Positions 37,588 through 46,878 of a stretch of DNA of 64,000 nucleotides are shown here, one piece after another. Below the pieces are notes generated by a model. The model did no database searches. It was not told the DNA's origin and was given only the letters and a program-made list of their open reading frames with translations. The stretch's first letter is position 1. Each line of letters begins with the position of its first letter. The stretch is from assembly GCA_032160165.1 (NCBI GenBank), contig JAVHWA010000089.1:3502-67501 (forward strand), given 5' to 3'. Position numbers and translations under genes: made by a program. The DNA is from Acidobacteriota bacterium (lineage in GTDB: Bacteria; Acidobacteriota; Blastocatellia; Pyrinomonadales; Pyrinomonadaceae).

Positions 37588-39471
37588 TTATCCTTTCGCG
37601 AACACTTCAGCGGGGTCGCCTATGTCGCGGGCTGAAGGGGTGATGATGGTGCGCGCATTTACGTAGATCTTTTCACCCTTTTGAATCGCGCGGCGCACGT
37701 CGTCTTCGCTAACGAAATCGACTGGCGCGCGTGCACTCCCATTCGCGGTGCCCCGCGATCCGTTGGTTGAATTTCCTCCACCATGCGGTGTGGAACTCCG
37801 TGACGTGTTTTCCGGCGAACTCCCATTGCCTCCGCGCGCCTCGACTGCTGTCGGCGCGGCTTCAGCATGCGGCGCTGCCGACGGGGCGGCGTACATGCTT
37901 CCCGCTTCGATATCAATCACCGGCTGAGCAGGTGACGCAGAGGCAGTTGGACGCATGGCTGCATGCGTGGCCTGGCCAGGACTGCGGCCTGCAAGGAATC
38001 TATCCACGATGGCTGCGATTTCTTCGCGACCGATTGGTCGCGGACCTTCCTGCGACGCAGCCACCGCCGGTTGCGAAGGCGATACGGTAGTCTTGTGAGT
38101 CGCAAGCGCCGGCCTGCTGCTTTTGACCGGTCTGGTTTCGAACGCCACTCGCTTTATGTCCATCAAATGGAGCGGAGAGACGTTGTCCGAAGTTACGTTC
38201 CCTCCCCAGGATCCACAGCCCAAGGTCATGGAAGGCGGCAAGGCCGTCGAGAAACCAATCGCTCCGTGCGTAGTCGGTGAATTTACGATAATGCGCGATG
38301 CAGGCATCTCGCGCCCGTACGCTAGGGCGGCTTCGCGCGAGCGGGTATGAACTCCTGCGGTGTGGCCCATTCCGCCATAACTAAGGATTTCGAAACAGCG
38401 TGCTGCGCCACGCTCGAGTCCATCGGCGACATAAAAGGCGAGCAACGGCGAGAGCTTTTCCATCGAGAGCGGATAGTCGCGGCCTACGCCACCGACGTCG
38501 AACAGTAAACAGCGTGTGCCCGGCGGTACGCTCAGACCAGCCAACTGAGCGATCACTTCCACAGACTTGCCCACGATCTTGGGATTCAGCGAGCGTTGAG
38601 GGGTCGCAACTACCTTTGCGAGTTGATCGGATTCGGACGCATTCAGGAAGTGCCCTCCCTGGGCTTTGAACTGTTCGCGAACAGCCTTCTCGATCGGTGC
38701 GTCCACCACGACCGCTTGCTCGGAAGCGCAGATCGTTCCATTGTCGAAGCAGGTCGATGTCAGAATATCCTGTATGGCTTTAGCTACGTCGGCTGTCCGT
38801 TCGATGAATACGGGAACGTTGCCGGGCCCTACACCAAAAGCCGGCTTACCCGAAGAATAGGCCGCACGCACCAATCCGATTCCACCCGTCGCCAGAATGA
38901 CCGCAGTCTGCTTGTGTTTCATCAGACTTTCAGTACCCTCGATCGACGCAGTTGTCATGCAGCCGATGGCGTCCGCGGGCAGGCCTTCCTTGACTCCTGC
39001 ATCTCTAACGACTTTGACGGTTTCATTGATACAGCGGATCGCTGAAGGATGTGGCGAGAGGACGATCGCGTTACGCGATTTGACTGCGATCAGACATTTA
39101 AAGATAGCGGTCGAGGTTGGATTCGTGGAAGGTATGATTCCGGCAACCACTCCGCGCGGACTGGCGATCTCAACCACGTCTTTTGTCTCGGAGACTACGC
39201 CGACCGTGCGCAGATTCTTGAAGTAGTTCCAGACGTCTTCAGCCGCGAACCGATTCTTGACTTCTTTATCGGCCGGGATTCCAAAGCCGGTCTCTTCGAC
39301 TGCCAACGCGCCAAGCCTGGCGGCTTCGCGCAACGCAGCTTTGGACATCGCCTCGCAGATGCGATCGATCTTACCCTGATCGAAACGGGCCAGATCTACT
39401 TGAGCGCGATGCGCCGCTTCGACAAGATCGCGCGCCTGCTGGACCGAGACGAGGTCTTTGTCAACTGACAT
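37588..39471 (-). CDS. CoA-acylating aldehyde dehydrogenase (EutE/PduP-like) with about 170-aa C-terminal extension
   Basis: The core shows the N-terminal [24 protein letters not shown] and catalytic [15 protein letters not shown]. It ends near ...[12 protein letters not shown]. The extension carries [15 protein letters not shown] and the terminal [34 protein letters not shown]. Confidence 0.9.
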   Translation of the reverse strand: MSVDKDLVSVQQARDLVEAAHRAQVDLARFDQGKIDRICEAMSKAALREAARLGALAVEETGFGIPADKEVKNRFAAEDVWNYFKNLRTVGVVSETKDVVEIASPRGVVAGIIPSTNPTSTAIFKCLIAVKSRNAIVLSPHPSAIRCINETVKVVRDAGVKEGLPADAIGCMTTASIEGTESLMKHKQTAVILATGGIGLVRAAYSSGKPAFGVGPGNVPVFIERTADVAKAIQDILTSTCFDNGTICASEQAVVVDAPIEKAVREQFKAQGGHFLNASESDQLAKVVATPQRSLNPKIVGKSVEVIAQLAGLSVPPGTRCLLFDVGGVGRDYPLSMEKLSPLLAFYVADGLERGAARCFEILSYGGMGHTAGVHTRSREAALAYGREMPASRIIVNSPTTHGAIGFSTALPPSMTLGCGSWGGNVTSDNVSPLHLMDIKRVAFETRPVKSSRPALATHKTTVSPSQPAVAASQEGPRPIGREEIAAIVDRFLAGRSPGQATHAAMRPTASASPAQPVIDIEAGSMYAAPSAAPHAEAAPTAVEARGGNGSSPENTSRSSTPHGGGNSTNGSRGTANGSARAPVDFVSEDDVRRAIQKGEKIYVNARTIITPSARDIGDPAEVFAKG

Positions 39472-39491
39472 GGCAAACTCCCCAAAGCTCT

Positions 39492-39561
39492 GAATCGCGA
39501 ATCGTGAATGGTAAATAGGCGAAGAGCAGCCGCTATTTACGATTCACGATTTACGATTTAC
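39492..39561. repeat. Inverted heptamer arrays (GAATCGN)x3-4 ... (GATTYAC)x3; spacer between BMC-H and AldDH genes
   Basis: GAATCGC GAATCGT GAATGGT AAATAGG is followed by a loop and then CTATTTAC GATTCAC GATTTAC GATTTAC. The right arm overlaps the BMC-H stop codon. Confidence 0.85.
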
Positions 39562-39952
39562 TTCTCTCTTTGTTGTTCTCTCGCGCGCCCGACATTGATC
39601 GGCCCTGATCGCCTTCGCCGAGTTGACCCTTCGCACCTGCGCCGATTGCGCGCTCGTCCGGGCTATAGCCCGTTCGGCCATTGACCGGGAGAACACGTTC
39701 AACTTCGCCGTGGGGGCGCGGAATCACGTGCACGCTTATCAATTCTCCGACTCGGCGCGCCGCTGCCGCACCTGCGTCGGTAGCGGCCTTAACCGCGCCA
39801 ACATCTCCGCGGACGAAGATGGTCACATAGCCCGCGCCTATATATTCTTTTCCTAAAAGCGTCACATTGGCCGCCTTAACCATCGCGTCGGCTGCCTCAA
39901 CGGCGCCGACAAATCCTTTGGTCTCGACCATTCCTAATGCTTCGAGAGGCAT
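39551..39952 (-). CDS. BMC-H shell protein with about 45-aa C-terminal tail
   Basis: It reads [60 protein letters not shown]...HVIPRPH. The ATG at 39952 lies 9 nt after GAGGA. Confidence 0.9.
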   Translation of the reverse strand: MPLEALGMVETKGFVGAVEAADAMVKAANVTLLGKEYIGAGYVTIFVRGDVGAVKAATDAGAAAARRVGELISVHVIPRPHGEVERVLPVNGRTGYSPDERAIGAGAKGQLGEGDQGRSMSGARENNKERSKS

Positions 39953-40078
39953 GAGTATCAATCCTCACTTTTCCGGTTGTAGAAGTTAAAAGCGATTGCT
40001 GGTTGTTCTTGCTCTGCAATCGTAGACCTGTGGGCCGGAAGAATCAAGACCAAAAGACTGGAGGGTGACGTCAAGCTA

Positions 40079-40235
40079 GTCTGACGAGTCGGGCGAGTTT
40101 GTCGAGTCTGGCGAATCTCTCGAGTGGACTGGGTCGCTCCGGGTCCCAGGCGTCAAGTGAGTCTGGCGATCAATTCGATAGACTCGCAGACTCGGCAGTC
40201 TCGGCAGACTCGCCAGACTCGCTAGACACTTGACT
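40079..40235. repeat. Inverted arrays of 9-nt units (GTCTGGCGA-type x7 / CAGACTCGC-type x5)
   Basis: The left arm reads GTCTGACGA GTCGGGCGA GTTTGTCGA GTCTGGCGA ATCTCTCGA. The right arm reads AGACTCGC AGACTCGGC AGTCTCGGC AGACTCGCC AGACTCGCT. The arrays lie in the divergent spacer between the BMC-H and rodZ-like genes. Confidence 0.85.
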
Positions 40236-40423
40236 GATAATAGTTTGACAACATTTTACACCGCACGTTATATTCGCGCCAAGATATGTGACGGGCCCGC
40301 TGCGAACAAGGGGCAAGCATTGGTGGGAGTTGCGGCAGGCGGTCTCGGAAAATTTCTTTGCCGATTCCAGGCAGACTTCAATTTCCGCCCATCGAAACCT
40401 CTTAGGGCGAACGCGGATTGGTG

Positions 40424-41194
40424 ATGGCAGCTTCTTTTGGAGAACAATTGCGACTCGCACGAGAGGCGCGTGGGGTAACTCTACGCCACATCTCGGATCA
40501 GACTCGCATTTCTGTTCGCTATCTTGAAGCCATAGAGACAGACGACTACAAACGCCTACCCGGCGGTATCTTCAACCGCAGCTTCATTAAATCCTACGCC
40601 AAACAAATAGGATTCGACGAAAAGGAAGCCATCGAGGGCTATCTGCGGACGGCCCGCGAACAGGGCGAATCCGATGAAGTAGCGACTACGCCCTACAAGT
40701 CGCACGTCTACACTGACGGCGGTTCGCGTTCTCCCATAGTTACGTTACTATTAACGATTCTGATTCTGGCGATTCTCTCGTTGGGAGTCTATGCGGCGGT
40801 TCACTGGTACCAGAGACGAGAAGCAGTCCGCGCGACCAATGACGCCCAACCTGCGAGTTCCCCCCGCTCGGAACTCGCGACACCAGCGCCCCAACAAGGA
40901 ATACCACCGGGTCCAACCACACCCGCCAGCGGTTTTCATATTGAAGTTACCGCGCGCGGCGAGGATGTCTATATCGACACTTATATCGACGACAGCAAGA
41001 AGACCAGAGGCATTCTGCTGAGGACGGACGCGACGGAAAAATTTGACCCGGACGACCGGCTGAAGCTTAAGTTTGCACTCGTCAAGGCAAAGGCGCTTGA
41101 AGTAACAATCAACGGACGCCGAGCGAAAGTGCCGGTAGACAAGACTGAGATGCTGATTACGAAGGAAGGATACGAACAACAGTTCATACAATAA
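40424..41194 (+). CDS. RodZ-like HTH (XRE-type) membrane protein
   Basis: It shows the N-terminal FGEQLRLAREARGVTLRHISDQTRISVRYLEAIE, a central TM helix and a C-terminal DUF4115-like beta domain. Confidence 0.7.
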   Translation: MAASFGEQLRLAREARGVTLRHISDQTRISVRYLEAIETDDYKRLPGGIFNRSFIKSYAKQIGFDEKEAIEGYLRTAREQGESDEVATTPYKSHVYTDGGSRSPIVTLLLTILILAILSLGVYAAVHWYQRREAVRATNDAQPASSPRSELATPAPQQGIPPGPTTPASGFHIEVTARGEDVYIDTYIDDSKKTRGILLRTDATEKFDPDDRLKLKFALVKAKALEVTINGRRAKVPVDKTEMLITKEGYEQQFIQ

Positions 41195-41275
41195 TCAAAC
41201 GCGCGTACTCGTGTCGCCTCTGCCTGATGCGATGGGAGCCTGCGTGTGCAACTACGACAACCACCAGAATACCGC

Positions 41276-41306
41276 GCCCGCTCTAATGATGCGGGCATTT
41301 TTCTTT
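41276..41306 (+). terminator. Rho-independent terminator after the rodZ-like gene
   Basis: The hairpin GCCCGC-tctaatgat-GCGGGC is followed by ATTTTTCTTT. Confidence 0.6.
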
Positions 41307-41318
41307 ATCGAGGAGTAA

Positions 41319-42794
<1,476 letters not shown>

Positions 42795-42904
42795 TTCACG
42801 AGCGCATGGAGATCGGAGGATCGGAACGGATGGCTGCACCTCCGATTCGAATGCAGGGTTCGATCGACCTTACTCCCAAAATCTCAACCCATCCATAGGA
42901 GGTC

Positions 42905-43330
42905 ATGAACATGCGTTACCATCTTCACATCGCAGGAGTCCTGACACTTTTGGGATTATTCGCGCTGGCAGAGTCGCCGCGCCTGCTTCAAATTCCCTCG
43001 CCCAAACTGCTATCGCCTGCCAACGGGGCCGTGATGGACAACGGCTGCAGTGACAAATCAAACGGAATCACCTGGGACTTTGACTGGAGCGACGTGCCCG
43101 GCGCGACCGCATACCACATCAGGGTCTGGCGCAACCCTGCGCTTCCGGTAATAAACCGGATGAACGTTGCCACGTCGGATTATCATTACGATAGCCCGCA
43201 AACCTACGTCATCAATTCAAACCTGGCTGGCTGGCGCTGGAGAGTACGCGCCAAAGTTGGAGCCACGTGGGGCCCATGGAGCAGGACCGGCTTCATCAGC
43301 GTGGAGAGGTTGAACACGGACTGTCGGTAA
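42905..43330 (+). CDS. Small secreted protein, paralog A (unknown family)
   Basis: A signal peptide is followed by a motif shared with the next gene: L.SP..GAVMDNGC.D.S..I.WDFDW.DV.GAT.YHI.VW.NP..PV...W.W.VRA......G.WS......E...TDC. Confidence 0.5.
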   Translation: MNMRYHLHIAGVLTLLGLFALAESPRLLQIPSPKLLSPANGAVMDNGCSDKSNGITWDFDWSDVPGATAYHIRVWRNPALPVINRMNVATSDYHYDSPQTYVINSNLAGWRWRVRAKVGATWGPWSRTGFISVERLNTDCR

Positions 43331-43348
43331 TCTTCCAGGTGCAGCGAG

Positions 43349-43777
43349 ATGATGATCCTGCCTCAATTGTTCGCGCACCGTCTGATGGTTCTTTGCGTCA
43401 TGATCGGACTGCTGGCGCCGGCGCCTGTGCAACAGACAGTCCCGCCGCCTGCGTTGATTTCTCCGGTCGAGGGCGCGGTCATGGACAATGGCTGCCGAGA
43501 TCAGTCCGACTCAATCGATTGGGACTTTGATTGGGAAGATGTGTGGGGCGCTACGCTTTATCACATCAAAGTCTGGCACAACCCCGAGAAGCCGGTGGTT
43601 GATGCTGCTACCGTGACGGTCTCAGAATACAAAGATGTGAGTCGGAAAAGCTACATCATAGAGGCCAATCGCAAAGGCTGGTGCTGGACCGTGCGCGCCA
43701 GAGTACGACGACAATGGGGAGAGTGGAGCGATGTTCGCTGCTTCGAAGCGGAACCAGTAGACACCGACTGTCCGTAA
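43349..43777 (+). CDS. Small secreted protein, paralog B (tandem duplicate of 42905-43330)
   Basis: It has the same length, the same Cys positions and the same motif as paralog A. Confidence 0.5.
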   Translation: MMILPQLFAHRLMVLCVMIGLLAPAPVQQTVPPPALISPVEGAVMDNGCRDQSDSIDWDFDWEDVWGATLYHIKVWHNPEKPVVDAATVTVSEYKDVSRKSYIIEANRKGWCWTVRARVRRQWGEWSDVRCFEAEPVDTDCP

Positions 43778-43823
43778 CACGGCCTTAGCTTTCCGCTGCC
43801 ACACATCGAAACGATTCACGCGA

Positions 43824-44945
43824 TTGTCTAAGAAGGTCTTAATCCTGTCGGTGTCTGCCGGCGCGGGTCACATCCGCGCCGCGGAAGCTCTCGAGCGTGC
43901 TTTTCTGGAAGTCGAGCCGGAGCTCGAGGTCAGACATGTCGATACTCTGCTCTACACCAACAAACTCTTTCGCCACCTTTATTCCAAAGCTTACATCGAT
44001 ATGGTTAACAAGATGCCGGAGGTGCTCGGTTGGCTCTACGATCATTTAGATAAGCCCTGGAAGAACGAGCGCCGGCGACTGGCGTTAGACAAGCTCAATA
44101 CCCGTCCCTTCATCAAGATGCTCAAGGAGTATCGGCCGGACATCACCGTCTGCACACACTTTCTTCCCGCAGAAATAATCTCCTGGCTCAAGGCAAAGCA
44201 GCGGATCAGTTGCAGACAATCAATCGTTGTCACCGACTTCGACGTCCACGCGATGTGGTTGTGCCGTCATTACGAGAACTACTTCGTCGCGCTTGACGAG
44301 ACGCGCTTGCATCTGGCAAAGCTCGGCATTCCCGAGGAGAAGATCACCGTTTCCGGAATTCCTATCGATCCGACTTTTGCGCGGCAAAAAGATCGTCGGC
44401 AGATGCGGGAGAAGCACGGACTTAAGCAGGATGTCACAACCATCCTCTTGTCCGCCGGAGGGTTCGGCGTCGGACCGGTGGAGCACATCGTGAAATCGTT
44501 AAAGGACGACCTGCGAAGTACTGTACAGGTCGTCGTTCTCTGCGGTCGCAACCAGAAACTAAAAGACCGCATCGATCGGCTGGCGGGCGCGCCCCCGGAT
44601 CGTCTTTCGATCAAGACGGTGGGCTATACCACCGAAGTCGACGAACTGATGAGCGCTTCTGACATCCTGCTTGGAAAACCAGGTGGGCTGACGACCTCAG
44701 AGGCGCTCGCCAAAGGATTGATCTTCGTGATAGTCAACCCCATCCCCGGCCAGGAAGAGCGCAACTCCGATCATCTGCTGGAGGAAGGCGTCGCAATCCG
44801 CTGCAACAACTTGCCTGTCCTGGCTGATAAGATAGATCGCCTGCTCAACGACCCGGCTCGCATGCAATCGATGCGAGCGAACTCCGCTCGTCTTGCCCGC
44901 CCGAATGCCGCACTCGACATAGCAAGGCAGTTGCTCTCGGCATAA
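43824..44945 (+). CDS. MGDG-synthase-like (GT28-type) diacylglycerol glycosyltransferase
   Basis: It shows the N-terminal VLILSVSAGAGHIRAAEAL and the C-terminal KPGGLTTSEALAKGLIFVIVNPIPGQEERN. Confidence 0.8.
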   Translation: MSKKVLILSVSAGAGHIRAAEALERAFLEVEPELEVRHVDTLLYTNKLFRHLYSKAYIDMVNKMPEVLGWLYDHLDKPWKNERRRLALDKLNTRPFIKMLKEYRPDITVCTHFLPAEIISWLKAKQRISCRQSIVVTDFDVHAMWLCRHYENYFVALDETRLHLAKLGIPEEKITVSGIPIDPTFARQKDRRQMREKHGLKQDVTTILLSAGGFGVGPVEHIVKSLKDDLRSTVQVVVLCGRNQKLKDRIDRLAGAPPDRLSIKTVGYTTEVDELMSASDILLGKPGGLTTSEALAKGLIFVIVNPIPGQEERNSDHLLEEGVAIRCNNLPVLADKIDRLLNDPARMQSMRANSARLARPNAALDIARQLLSA

Positions 44946-45016
44946 GCGATCGCGACCAAAGGCGATAAGACGCGATGGACTTCATTCTTGGTCCTGACCG
45001 CTTACGGTTGAGAGAT

Positions 45017-45676
45017 CTAACTCGCCTTGTGTGAACGCCCGTATATGCCCAGCTGTCTGTCGTGCAGCTTCATAAAAATTGCCAGCGCGCATATCGATCC
45101 CACCAGCGCGAGGAACATGTCCCAATGCGAGTCCCAAATGTCGCCCTGGGTTCCCAGGAACTTGTCCCCCAGGTCGGGAGTGACCAGTACTGCAACCCAC
45201 CATTCGATGAACTCATAGAATGCTCCGATGGCCAGCACGATCGAAGCAGTGATAAAAGCCATCCAACGGCGTGAGGTCGTAACGTACCTAAGCAGAATCT
45301 CCCTGATGGGAATTGCCATCAAAAAGCCGAGCATGAAATGCGCCACGCGATCGTAGTGATTACGCGATAGACCGAATTCCTCTTTCAGCCAGTTGAAAGG
45401 CGGCGTTAGCGCGTAGGTATAGTGCCCGCCATAAGTCTGGACCAGCAGGTAGAAGAAGATCAGATAGTAGGCCAACCGTGTGAATTTGAAGTGGGGATAT
45501 ACTATCAAAGTCGCGACTAGCATCGAGAGCGGAAAGAAATTCTCCATGGCCCAGTCCCACCTATCGTAAGGCCGGACCGCCAGAGCGGCGAACGCGACGA
45601 GGTAGACGATGAGGAGAACGACCAGCTCGCGGTTGGACGGAATCTGTTTCTGATATTCGGTGGGTGAAGTTTTCAT
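45017..45676 (-). CDS. DUF2238 (YjdF-like) inner-membrane protein
   Basis: A multi-TM protein with YGGHYTYALTPPFNWLKE...RNHYDRVAHF. I prefer the start at MKTSPTEY (45676). The track extension to 45859 has no membrane-protein character. Confidence 0.75.
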   Translation of the reverse strand: MKTSPTEYQKQIPSNRELVVLLIVYLVAFAALAVRPYDRWDWAMENFFPLSMLVATLIVYPHFKFTRLAYYLIFFYLLVQTYGGHYTYALTPPFNWLKEEFGLSRNHYDRVAHFMLGFLMAIPIREILLRYVTTSRRWMAFITASIVLAIGAFYEFIEWWVAVLVTPDLGDKFLGTQGDIWDSHWDMFLALVGSICALAIFMKLHDRQLGIYGRSHKAS

Positions 45677-45969
45677 CTGATACCGGCGACCGCGACCTCT
45701 CATGCCGTTTTCGACCGACGACGTCTCCTCGCGATTCTGTTTCCACTGCCGCGGCTCGGGATGATAACAGGGATCTGTGGCATGATATAGAGATCCGATT
45801 GTGAGTAGTGCATGCATTGCCCGACAGTTGGAGCCCAACGGAGGCGCTTTGCGTTTCAAATCGGGTCAAGGTTTGAACGCGAGAGCGCTTTGGTTTCGCT
45901 CTTGGGGCGGCATCTGACTATTAAACTGTCATTCGTCGAGCGGCACTGGGGTTGCTCTTGTATCCAGAG

Positions 45970-46878
45970 ATGAAACGCGAAACGGTCTTAATCTCCAATC
46001 CGAAAGCAGGTCGCGGCGGGCAGAATCGTGCGCGCGATGAAGCGCTTTTTTGCGAAACGTTGAGACGGCGCGGCGTGAAGATTGATGTTCTGCATACAAG
46101 AGGGCCAAACGACGCCGTTCGCTTTGCGGCGCAATCTATTCGGCAAGGCGTTCGCGATCTGATCGTCTCTGGCGGCGATGGAACGATCAACGAAGTGTTG
46201 CAGGGATCGGTTGGAAGTGACGCCAGGATCGCCGTGTGGCCGCGAGGCACGGCAAACGTGTTCGCCCGAGAACTGCAGCTGCCATTCGACAGTGAACAAG
46301 CGGCGAAGGTGATAGCACGTGGTATTTCAAAGCCAGTACATGTCGGTTGCGCCACGATCGAACGGACGGGCGAGCAACGATATTTCTTTCTGATGGCCGG
46401 TATCGGCCTGGACGCGTCGATTGTGAGACAAGTGCGTCCGAATTTGAAGCGGCGCGTTGGGGAAGCCGCGTTCTGGTATTCAGGTCTCGGTCATCTGGCC
46501 CGATGGCAGCCGGTACAATTTGGCGTAGAGATCGAGGGTCGCAGGCTGGACGCAACTTTTGCCGCCATCGGCAAGGCTGCCCACTATGGCGGCAATCTCG
46601 GCATTACGCCGCGCGCAGATCTGGAGAAGCCCGAGTTTGAGATTTGCGTCGTTAACTCGAAAAGCAGGCTTCATTTTCTTTATCTCCTTTCTCACGCAAA
46701 ACGTCGTCAGGGTGTCGGAGAGCACATACGAGGTGTTCAGTTCATCCGCGCGACCCGCGCGCGGGTGACGGGCGATGTCATGGTTCAGATAGATGGCGAG
46801 TTGACCGGAGAGCTTCCTATGACGTTCGAGATCGCAGACTCGTCGGTGGAGGTTATTTGCCAGGAGAGGCTGGCTTAG
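45970..46878 (+). CDS. Diacylglycerol-kinase-family lipid kinase (YegS/BmrU-like)
   Basis: It shows LISNPKAGRGG and VSGGDGTINEV, with a DAGK catalytic domain layout. Confidence 0.8.
   Translation: MKRETVLISNPKAGRGGQNRARDEALFCETLRRRGVKIDVLHTRGPNDAVRFAAQSIRQGVRDLIVSGGDGTINEVLQGSVGSDARIAVWPRGTANVFARELQLPFDSEQAAKVIARGISKPVHVGCATIERTGEQRYFFLMAGIGLDASIVRQVRPNLKRRVGEAAFWYSGLGHLARWQPVQFGVEIEGRRLDATFAAIGKAAHYGGNLGITPRADLEKPEFEICVVNSKSRLHFLYLLSHAKRRQGVGEHIRGVQFIRATRARVTGDVMVQIDGELTGELPMTFEIADSSVEVICQERLA

Noticed and set aside
40079-40235. Possible CRISPR array (also considered for the heptamer arrays at 16399, 36131, 39492 and 53490)
   Set aside because: The units are 7-9 nt and directly abutting, with no spacers of 25-40 nt and no 24-40-nt repeats. 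No cas genes are in the window.
40170-40527. Short ORFs (96, 64 and 79 aa) over the 9-mer array
   Set aside because: They are translations of the repeat array and of the rodZ-like 5' region in wrong frames. They have repetitive or low-complexity products.
45677-45859. N-terminal 61-aa extension of the DUF2238 ORF
   Set aside because: The extension is basic and non-hydrophobic with no family resemblance. The internal Met at 45676 begins the conserved membrane domain.
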